Shown here piece by piece: positions 56,325 through 64,000 of a stretch of DNA of 64,000 nucleotides. Every line of letters begins with the position of its first letter. Positions within the stretch are counted from its first letter, which is position 1. The notes under the pieces are model-generated. The model had not been told where the DNA came from. It did not search any database and saw only the letters and a program-made list of their open reading frames with translations. This DNA comes from an uncultured Acidobacteriota bacterium (GTDB taxonomy: Bacteria; Acidobacteriota; Thermoanaerobaculia; Multivoradales; UBA5704). The stretch spans positions 480,001-544,000 of the forward strand of contig CAVYRF010000001.1 of assembly GCA_963770895.1 (NCBI GenBank). The letters are read 5' to 3'. The position numbers and the translations under genes are program-made.

Positions 56325-59300
56325 GCGGCCTGGCGCACCGCTGGGATCCCTGCGACCCGGCATCACGCAGTTGGTGCAGCCGGGCCACCGTCGCGGGCCG
56401 GGTGCTTGTCGTGCTGGTGGTTCTAATGGGTGCTTCGCAACACCGCGCCACGGCGCAGTACACGACCATAGGCAACCCGGTGGCACAGGGGGGAGTCGCG
56501 TATCTCTACTACGGGACGTGCTCCAACAAATACTATGGCGCTACCTGGTCCTATACGCTGAGCGGTCCGCCCGGAGCATCGATTTCCGTCATGAGCTCCA
56601 ACGACCAGTTCTGCTGGTCGGCGGCGTTCAACGCCGGCTATGTCGCGGGAAACTATGTGGTCGCCCTTTCTCAAGGCGGCACCAGCTACGGTTCTGTGAC
56701 CATCACCGTCAGCCCGGTCACCATTACGATCAGCGGCCCGACGACCTTCGACGAGAACTATGTCTATACTGCCGCGCTGACCGCGACGATGAATGGCATG
56801 GCAAACGCCGCCGACGGCGTCATGACCTGGAGCATCACGCCGGTCAGCGATACGACGGTGACCACTTCGCAACAGTCGCCATCGATGAACTTTCAAGCCC
56901 TTGGGGACGTGCATGTGGGGATCACCGCGGGCACCTATGAGGTGTTTGCCACCAGCGTCAAGGAGCCTTCCGTGGTCGGCGTCCTGGTGATCACCGTGCT
57001 GCCGCCGGTGGTCACCGTCACTCCCACCTCGGCCGCCATCGGCACCGGCCAGACCTTGACGTTCTATTGCACGGACAGCAACGTGCCGCCGACGATCACC
57101 CCGAGCTGCACGATGGAAACGGACGATCCGGGGGCGGTGGGCTGGACCAGTCCCGGAACAACCTTCTCCATCCTGCACTCCGCCGGCGCGCCGGGCGGCA
57201 CCTATCACTACTGGTTCGACGGCGCCTGGGGAGGACAGGTGGTGGCGATGGTCACCGTCGTCGACATCCAGGTCAAGCCGGCGTCGATCATCGTGCTGCC
57301 CGGCACGCAACGGCAGTTCTTCTCCGAGGTGACCGGCAGCGGCCAGGCGGTGCAATGGTCCACCACCGTTCCCGGCGCGACGATCTCCAGCACAGGTCTG
57401 CTTGCGGTCCCCACCGGCACCGCGACCGGCACCCACGCGGTGACGGTCCAGACGGTCGGCACTCCCGTCGCGCCGGCGACCGCCGTGGTGACCGTGGCCA
57501 ATGCGTTGCCGGTGACCGGCGTGGCCGTCGCGCCCATCCGTTCGGTCATCGACGAGGGGCAGCAGCAGCCGTTCAGCGCCGTCGTCCTGGGGCAGAACGC
57601 CGAGCTCTACGCCAATCCGGCGGTCTCCTGGTCGGTGTCCGGTCCGGTCCCGGTGTCCATTCCGGCCGACGGCCTGTTCACCGCACCCGCGGCCGATGGC
57701 GTCTACACGGTCACCGCCACGTCGTTGGCCGACCCGACCAGGTCGGGCTCGGCCACGGTCGTGGTCGGCGAAGACCTGACCGTGCAACCGTCCGCCGTGA
57801 GCCTTGCGCCGGGAGCTTCGCAGGCGTTCACGGCGCAGGTCAGTGGCGAGGCCAATCCGACGACCGCCTGGAGCGTCCTGGAGGGCGCGGCCGGCGGGAC
57901 GATCTCGGCCGCGGGCGTCTACACCGCGCCCGCCACGGCGGGCCTCTATCATGTCGTGGCAATGGGGGCCACGGTCGACGCGCAGCTGCAGGGGATGGCC
58001 ACGGTGAGCGTCGGCTCCAACCCGGAGGTTTCGGTCACCATCACCCCGGCCGAGGTCTCCCTGGTTCCCGGCGGTACGCAGCAGTTCACCGCCAGCGTCG
58101 CGGGCGTGGCCGATACCAGCGTCGCCTGGACGGCATCGGCGGGCACGATCGACGCGACCGGCTTCTTCACCGCGCCGCCGACCTACGGCACCGTCACCAT
58201 CACGGCACAAAGCCACGCCAACCCCCAGGTGCTGACGTCGGCGACTGCCGAAATCGCCGGCAGCGGTCCGGTCACGTCCTTCCAGTACGACGCCGATGGC
58301 AATCTGCTGAACGACGGAACCCGGACCTACGAATGGGACGCGGCAAACCGGCTGACGGCGGTCAACATCGGCACCCAGCGCAGTGAGTTCGGCTACGACG
58401 TCTTCGGCAGAAGGGTCCTGATCACCGAGAAAACCAACGGCACGGTGACCAGCAGCCACCATTTCATCTGGGTGGGCAACCAGATGCTCGAAGAGACCGA
58501 TGCGACCTCGGCGCCCGCCGCTGGTCCGCTGGGCCTCGGCAACTTCGACGCGGTGTCCTGCAACACCATCGTGGGGTGGGCCTGGAACTCCGCTCAACCC
58601 AACACCCCGATCAGCGTCGATTTCTACAACGGGTCGACGAAGGTTGCCTCTACCCTCGCCAACGCCTTCCGCGGCGACGTCCGCGCGGCCGGCGGCGGCA
58701 ATGGCGACCACGGCTTCTCGTACCCCCTGCCGGCTGCCTTCAAGACCGGCACGGCACAGAGCGTCACCATCATGCTGGACGGCACGTCTACCGGCTTAGG
58801 CACCCGCTCCGTCAGCTGTCCGGCGGCAAGCCTTGCCGGTGCCTTCGGGGAGGCCGACTGCACGCAGCTCGCCGGCTGGGGCTGGGATGCCACCGAGCCG
58901 AGCTCGCCGATCGGCATCGACATCTACGACGGTTCCACCCTGCTCACCACGGTGCTCGCCAACGCTTTCCGGCAGGACCTGGTCAACGCCGGCATCGGCA
59001 ACGGCGATCACGGCTTCTTCCTGCCCACTCCGGTTTCCCTGAAAAACGGCGCCAGCCATGCGATCACCCTGAAGGCCGCCGGCACCTCGATCGTCCTCGG
59101 CGGCACCCGCAGCCTCACCTGCCCGGCGCCCGCCTTCAGCGGCCATATCGACTTTGTCGATTGCACCCAGATCGCCGGCTGGGCCTGGGACGCCAATCAA
59201 CCCAACGCCGCGATCGACGTCGACATCTACGACGGCACGACCCTGCTTGCCACCATCCCCGCCAGCAACTTCCGCCAGGACCTGTTGAACGCCGGCATCG

Positions 59301-60238
59301 GCAACGGCGACCACGGCTTCACCTACTCGACCCCCGCGCTCTACACCGGATCGACCCACTCGATAACGGTAAACGCCGGCGGCTCGGCAACCACCATCGC
59401 CGGCACGCCCGCCACCATCACCTGCCCCAACGAAACGATCCTCACCCGCTTCTTCCCCGAAGGGATGCAGTCCGGCCCCACCTCCTCCTACTTCTCCTAC
59501 GATCACCTGGCCAGCGTCCGGGAGGTCACCACCGCCGGCGGCGCCGTGGTCAGCCGTTACGACTACGACGCGTACGGCCGCCTCACCGTCAACCAAGGCA
59601 CCCCGCCGCGCTTCGGCTACGCCGGCATGTACTACCACCAGCCCTCCGGCCTCGACCTGACCAGGTACCGCGCCTACGACCCCGACCTCGGCCGCTGGGA
59701 AAGCCGGGACCCCGCCGGCGAACAGGTGGATTCCAACCTCTACCGCTACGTAGAAAACGATCCCGCGGACCGGACTGATCCTCTGGGCCTGGGCTGGGTG
59801 ACCAACATGTCGTGCCAGAACATCGCCATCAAGGACGAGACCGGCAACAACCGAGTGACCGTCGTACCACCTGGGGGCGGTGCAGACGCAGACGGGGTCT
59901 ACAATGGAGTGCCAGGCCCGCAGCAGGGAGTCACCGGAAGCCAGTGCGGACCTTACTTCGGGGATGCCAATGGGGCCTCAGTTCTCAAGATCAACGATGC
60001 GAACGACATTGTTGTCTTCGGCGGCTGCTTCGGCATGCCCTTGTCCTGGTCGTCTATCGACCCTGCCAGCTATGCCGCATACCAACTATCTAAGATGTAT
60101 AGGGCGGAGCCCGACGGCTGGAAGCAAGCCCTGGGCTGGTATAAGGCACATAAAGACTGGAAAGTTCCCTACCAACTCTGGCCGCTGACCTGCAGTTGTC
60201 CTCCACCGCCGGTCGTCACGGCACCAGGTAAACCATGA
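56321..60238 (+). CDS. Exported protein with Ig-like repeats, C-terminal RHS shell, RHS core and toxin tip
   Basis: Hydrophobic signal-like segment; Big_2-like repeats; YDADGNL...; three GWAW...GDHGF domains; RAYDPDLGRWESRDP...DPADRTDPLGL; about 148-aa tip. Confidence 0.88.
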   Translation: MSGLAHRWDPCDPASRSWCSRATVAGRVLVVLVVLMGASQHRATAQYTTIGNPVAQGGVAYLYYGTCSNKYYGATWSYTLSGPPGASISVMSSNDQFCWSAAFNAGYVAGNYVVALSQGGTSYGSVTITVSPVTITISGPTTFDENYVYTAALTATMNGMANAADGVMTWSITPVSDTTVTTSQQSPSMNFQALGDVHVGITAGTYEVFATSVKEPSVVGVLVITVLPPVVTVTPTSAAIGTGQTLTFYCTDSNVPPTITPSCTMETDDPGAVGWTSPGTTFSILHSAGAPGGTYHYWFDGAWGGQVVAMVTVVDIQVKPASIIVLPGTQRQFFSEVTGSGQAVQWSTTVPGATISSTGLLAVPTGTATGTHAVTVQTVGTPVAPATAVVTVANALPVTGVAVAPIRSVIDEGQQQPFSAVVLGQNAELYANPAVSWSVSGPVPVSIPADGLFTAPAADGVYTVTATSLADPTRSGSATVVVGEDLTVQPSAVSLAPGASQAFTAQVSGEANPTTAWSVLEGAAGGTISAAGVYTAPATAGLYHVVAMGATVDAQLQGMATVSVGSNPEVSVTITPAEVSLVPGGTQQFTASVAGVADTSVAWTASAGTIDATGFFTAPPTYGTVTITAQSHANPQVLTSATAEIAGSGPVTSFQYDADGNLLNDGTRTYEWDAANRLTAVNIGTQRSEFGYDVFGRRVLITEKTNGTVTSSHHFIWVGNQMLEETDATSAPAAGPLGLGNFDAVSCNTIVGWAWNSAQPNTPISVDFYNGSTKVASTLANAFRGDVRAAGGGNGDHGFSYPLPAAFKTGTAQSVTIMLDGTSTGLGTRSVSCPAASLAGAFGEADCTQLAGWGWDATEPSSPIGIDIYDGSTLLTTVLANAFRQDLVNAGIGNGDHGFFLPTPVSLKNGASHAITLKAAGTSIVLGGTRSLTCPAPAFSGHIDFVDCTQIAGWAWDANQPNAAIDVDIYDGTTLLATIPASNFRQDLLNAGIGNGDHGFTYSTPALYTGSTHSITVNAGGSATTIAGTPATITCPNETILTRFFPEGMQSGPTSSYFSYDHLASVREVTTAGGAVVSRYDYDAYGRLTVNQGTPPRFGYAGMYYHQPSGLDLTRYRAYDPDLGRWESRDPAGEQVDSNLYRYVENDPADRTDPLGLGWVTNMSCQNIAIKDETGNNRVTVVPPGGGADADGVYNGVPGPQQGVTGSQCGPYFGDANGASVLKINDANDIVVFGGCFGMPLSWSSIDPASYAAYQLSKMYRAEPDGWKQALGWYKAHKDWKVPYQLWPLTCSCPPPPVVTAPGKP

Positions 60239-60684
60239 TCCAAATCTTCGGCGCGTTTCTGCTCGCCACGAGCGTGGCTCTCGTCTGCGCCGGATTTGCT
60301 TTGCGCCACCTCTTGCACAGGAGGTGGTGGCGATGCAGCGCGTGGCTGGCCGCCTCCATGATCCCGCTGGTCATTTTTCATGTGGTGGCCAGCTCACCCT
60401 ACCTCAGCCGTATCGTGTTATACCGGTCGATCAACAGTACTGATTACGCCCCTGGATTCACCAAGAAGGGCTTCGATTCTATCGCTATTGGATCATCGCG
60501 TGCAGAGATCGATCGCGTGCTCGGGCCGCCGCTAAGTTCTGATTACTCAGGTGATGAACTATGGCTGTACTACTCCACGCATCACGACTGGGGTCCCAGT
60601 CGTAACTCTTGGCATAAATTCCTGGTTCTGGATGCCAAGACCATGACCCTGAAGAGAAAAATCGATGAATTCGACGTGCCATAG
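60235..60684 (+). CDS. Putative immunity protein 1 (two TM helices plus SmpA/BamE-like domain)
   Basis: ATGA-coupled to the RHS gene; lower GC; YAPGFTKKGFDSIAIGSSRAEIDRVLGPPL...WLYYS. Confidence 0.7.
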   Translation: MIQIFGAFLLATSVALVCAGFALRHLLHRRWWRCSAWLAASMIPLVIFHVVASSPYLSRIVLYRSINSTDYAPGFTKKGFDSIAIGSSRAEIDRVLGPPLSSDYSGDELWLYYSTHHDWGPSRNSWHKFLVLDAKTMTLKRKIDEFDVP

Positions 60685-60813
60685 AGCATCCCTAAACCTG
60701 AAGGCGGACGCAGTTCCGGCTCGACGCCCGCCGGTTGTAGGTCCAAGAACGGCTGGACCATGGCCGGCCGGGGGTCCTTCCCTGCGCCATCGCGTGCGGC
60801 TATATTGATAGAC

Positions 60814-61263
60814 ATGAATGGCATGGTTGCTTTTTTCATCGCGTTACTGCTGGCCTTTATATGCTGTGTAGTAGCGTTCTTGCGCTATCTGCATGGGCGG
60901 GCAAGGAGAGATCTGGCCTGGCTGGCCGTTGCACCAATTCCGTTGGTGATCTTCTTTCTTATCGCCAGTTCGCCGTACCTATACCGGACTGTCTTCTTCT
61001 TTTCGAGAAACGATACCGAGTACTCGCGCGGATTCACTCAGAAAGGATTTGATTCCCTACCCCTGAGAGCTTCGCGCGCTCGGATCGATCGGGTTTTGGG
61101 GCCACCGCTCGTGGAAAGCGCCATGGCCGGGTACGACCCATGGCTGCATTTCTCACATCATCGCCCCGGGGGTTACAGCCGCAACTTCTGGCTGAAAGCC
61201 CTGATCCTGGACAAGGACACCATGACCCTGAAGAAGAAGGTCGACGAATTTGAAGTGCCATGA
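60814..61263 (+). CDS. Putative immunity protein 2, paralogue of 60235-60684
   Basis: Shared ASSPYL, GFTxKGFDS, IDRVLGPPL, SRNxW and TMTLKxKxDEFxVP. Confidence 0.7.
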   Translation: MNGMVAFFIALLLAFICCVVAFLRYLHGRARRDLAWLAVAPIPLVIFFLIASSPYLYRTVFFFSRNDTEYSRGFTQKGFDSLPLRASRARIDRVLGPPLVESAMAGYDPWLHFSHHRPGGYSRNFWLKALILDKDTMTLKKKVDEFEVP

Positions 61264-61509
61264 CTCCAGGGGCTGGAAGGCTCCAGCCGCGGTCACGGCA
61301 AGCGCGCCCGTATAAGCCGAAGGCGAAATCGGGGCGTGTGCGGCGGGAGTCCGAGAGGGCCGAAACCGTGAAGGGAAAAATCCGGAGGCGCCGCCTTGGA
61401 TCTTCCCGCCGCAGGGCTGCCTAAGCTAAGGCTAAGGGGGGTGGAGGCGGGCGCCGGCGGCCGCTCGCCGCTGGCGCGTGGCGGCGAGCGGGCGGGGGCG
61501 AGGGCGGGG

Positions 61510-61863
61510 TCAGGCGGTGGGCTGGCCGGGGGTGGGCGGCGGTGGGCACCAGCCGCGGCGGCCGCGCATGCCGGTGCGGAAGGCTTCGCGCTGCTCGGGG
61601 GTCATCTGGTCCCAGCGGTCGAGCATCCTGATCTGCCAGCGATGGCGCCCGAAGCCGCCGGGGCCGCCGCGCAGGCTGCCCAGGAGCAGGCGGGCCAGGA
61701 CCAGCAGGCCGATGGCCTGGGCGAAGGTGAGGGCCTTCCAGCCGAAGAGGGCCGGCATCAGCCAGTTCCATAGGCCCATGACCACGAAGCCGAAGAGGGT
61801 CACGGCCGCGGCGGCGGCGACCAGGAACATCAGAAACCTTTTCACGAACCTTGCGACTCGCAT
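61510..61863 (-). CDS. Small membrane protein downstream of the ECF sigma factor
   Basis: GGAG RBS; VVMGLWNWLMPALFG...FAQAIGLLVLARLL...MTPEQREAF. Confidence 0.75.
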   Translation of the reverse strand: MRVARFVKRFLMFLVAAAAAVTLFGFVVMGLWNWLMPALFGWKALTFAQAIGLLVLARLLLGSLRGGPGGFGRHRWQIRMLDRWDQMTPEQREAFRTGMRGRRGWCPPPPTPGQPTA

Positions 61864-61876
61864 ATCGATACACTCC

Positions 61877-62479
61877 TCATGGATTGCCGAATTGGTCGTA
61901 GATGGCGCGCAGGCGGCGCCGCAGGTGCAGGACGGCGTAATGCTTGCGCGATAGCAGGGTGTTGACGCCGACGCCGGTCGCGGCGCTGATCTCCTTCCAG
62001 CTGCGGCCTTCGATCTGGTGGGCGACGAAGGCTTCGCGCTGCTCCCGCGGCAGCTCCTGGAGCGCCGCTTCCAGCTCTTCGAGGAGCACGCCGCGGGCGA
62101 ATTGCTCTTCGGGGCCGGCCTGGGGCGACGGCAGCAGGTCGGCGAGCAGGAGGTCGCGATCTTGGGCGAGCGGGCCTGCCGGCTGCGCCGCCTGCAGCGG
62201 TGATTCGGGGCGCCGCTTGCGGAACAGGTCGGTGATGCGGTTGCGCGCCACCCGGAAGAGCCAGGCGCCGACCTGTTCAATCGGTTGCATCAGGCGATAG
62301 GCTTCGACCAGCTCGAAGAACACCTCTTGCAGGATGTCTTCGGCGTCGCGCTGGTCGACCACGCGGCGGCGGATGAAGCTGCGCAGGCGGCCGCCTTCAA
62401 GCCGTACCGCATCGGCAATGCGCTGGTCCTGCCGGTCCCGATCGCTCATCTGCGCAAGGCTCGCCGCGTGGGTCATCAC
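61877..62479 (-). CDS. ECF RNA polymerase sigma factor
   Basis: DAEDILQEVF, WLFRVARNRITD, LPREQREAF and GVNTLLSRKHYA. Confidence 0.92.
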   Translation of the reverse strand: MMTHAASLAQMSDRDRQDQRIADAVRLEGGRLRSFIRRRVVDQRDAEDILQEVFFELVEAYRLMQPIEQVGAWLFRVARNRITDLFRKRRPESPLQAAQPAGPLAQDRDLLLADLLPSPQAGPEEQFARGVLLEELEAALQELPREQREAFVAHQIEGRSWKEISAATGVGVNTLLSRKHYAVLHLRRRLRAIYDQFGNP

Positions 62480-62773
62480 TAAGGTAGACGGAAAACGCAG
62501 GGAAATATTGTACGAATGCGGTGAGGGGGCCGGACGCAGCGGTGGCGGTGGCCGCCGACCGCACCCAGGGGGGCACGATCGGCGGGTGCGGAGCTGCCGT
62601 CCGAGCTGGCCGGGAGGCGCGCGTGTCGCGTTGTCCAGGCTGGCCGGTGCGCGTGTGCCGCGCCGTGAACGCTAGCCGGGTGGGCGCGCGCCGCGCTGGG
62701 CGGTGTGCTGCTGCGCACGCCCCGCGCCCGCCAGGTGCTGGCCGGGGGCGGCGCTGGACGACCGGGGCCGGTC

Positions 62774-64000
62774 CTATCCGGTTCCGGCGACGCAGAGGTC
62801 GGCGAAGGTGGAGGACCACAGAGGGTAGGAGGCGCGGTGGGCGAAGCGGTCGCGGCCGAAGAGGAGCGACCGGGGGGGCGGGCTGCCGGCGCCGAGCGGC
62901 ACGGTGAGCAGCGCTCCGGGGCCCGCGCCGCCCTGGATCTGGGCGCTGACGGCGCCGTCGCCGGGGCGGTATTGCAGGCGCACCCGGTAGTGGCGGTCAG
63001 CGGCAGCGGGGAGCGGCGCCGTGCTCTGGCCGCCGGGGGTGACCAGGAGGGCACTCGCGCCGCCGCCGTTGTCGTCGCCGCCACCGCCACCACGCAAGGA
63101 GAGTCTTGCGACCAGGGAATCTCCGGCGCCCGCGATGGTGATCAGGTCGTAGGTGGCTCCGGACTCCAGGTCGTCGTCCGTGGGCAGATCGATATCGACG
63201 GCCAGATCCCAGCCCGTCGCGGCAGTTCCCGCGCTCCCGGCGCTCTCTGTGCCCCCGGTGGCCAACGCGCCTGCGGCAGCAAGGCCCGGCGCCGCGGGGA
63301 GCGAAACCAGGCGGCCGGCGTCGGCGCGCTCCGGCTGAAAGAAGGCGCCGGGCAGGAGGCGCATCAGGCCTCCCTGCGGCGCGCAGGCGGCGGCCTGGCG
63401 GCGCAGCTCGGCGGCTGCTGGATAGCCGGCGGCGGCCAGGGCGGCGAGCAGGCGCTGCGCGGCCGCCGGCTGGCCGGCCTGCCAGTTGGTGAACAGGGCC
63501 AGGTAGGTGTAGGCATCCGCCAGGGGCGGCCGGGCCAGCCGCTGCTGCCAGTCGCGCACCAGCGCGGCGCCGCCGGATGCCTGGGCGGCCAGCTGAGCGT
63601 CCAGCTCGTGGCGGGGGATGCTCCACGGCTCGGCCAGGCGCTCCCACAGGGCGCGCTCGGCGAAGTCGGGGTGCGGGCCGCGCGCCAGGCGCAGGTGGCA
63701 CCAGGCGGCCAGGACGAGCACGCCCAGGAGCAGACAGGTGAGGGCGGTCGCCGGGCGCAGCCGCGCCAGCAGCAGGCAGGTGCCGGCGATGGCCGCCGCC
63801 ATCAGGGCGAAGGTGATGGCGATGCCGACGCTGCGGCGCACCGCCGCGATGCCGGCAAATTCGCTCAGGCGGGGGAGCTGCCAGCCGGAGAGGATTGCCG
63901 CGTGGGCGGCGGCCGGGTCGCGGACCCCCAGGCTCTCCTCGGTGGCTTCCTGGGCGCCGGGAGAGGGCGTGCCCAGGAGCGCCAGCGACAGGTCGTGGAC
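62774..64000 (-). CDS. Hypothetical membrane protein, 3' part (frame open to the window end)
   Basis: No stop codon from 64000 to 62774; two hydrophobic helices followed by a soluble domain. Confidence 0.6.
   Translation of the reverse strand, partial: VHDLSLALLGTPSPGAQEATEESLGVRDPAAAHAAILSGWQLPRLSEFAGIAAVRRSVGIAITFALMAAAIAGTCLLLARLRPATALTCLLLGVLVLAAWCHLRLARGPHPDFAERALWERLAEPWSIPRHELDAQLAAQASGGAALVRDWQQRLARPPLADAYTYLALFTNWQAGQPAAAQRLLAALAAAGYPAAAELRRQAAACAPQGGLMRLLPGAFFQPERADAGRLVSLPAAPGLAAAGALATGGTESAGSAGTAATGWDLAVDIDLPTDDDLESGATYDLITIAGAGDSLVARLSLRGGGGGDDNGGGASALLVTPGGQSTAPLPAAADRHYRVRLQYRPGDGAVSAQIQGGAGPGALLTVPLGAGSPPPRSLLFGRDRFAHRASYPLWSSTFADLCVAGTG

Noticed and set aside
1-64000. tRNA, rRNA, transposase, integrase or prophage genes
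   Set aside because: None recognised by eye; a covariance-model scan would be needed to exclude small RNAs.

Overview
GC-rich bacterial chromosomal window. The ADOP-type permease and XRE-HTH/TPR paralogues suggest an Acidobacteriota (Thermoanaerobaculia-like) genome; this is inference. The housekeeping-like core (3-25 kb) holds an ArsA/Get3-like ATPase pair, a PhaR-phasin-patatin storage-granule module, a multi-component signalling cluster, a 2-oxoacid dehydrogenase operon and IcmF. Five single-base insertions between 19.9 and 23.5 kb look like assembly errors. Accessory DNA fills much of the rest: five toxin-antitoxin loci (three with a destroyed toxin but intact antitoxin), small secreted Cys-rich peptides, an orphan lanthipeptide-like precursor, a LanC-like/RibF-like/PIG-L-like/GT4 operon, a CusCBA pump and a dispersed ~75-90 bp hairpin repeat. 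The two best candidates for undescribed systems are (1) a tandemly duplicated pair of XRE-HTH+TPR regulator and small secreted 'WDWLASLW...CG.SADP.GG' propeptide, resembling RRNPP peptide signalling, at 34.6-38.6 kb, and (2) a C39-peptidase RHS toxin whose YD shell is split over two separately exported proteins, with Ig-like arrays, an unrecognised tip and two membrane immunity paralogues, at 52.3-61.3 kb. All calls come from reading motifs by eye; no searches were run.
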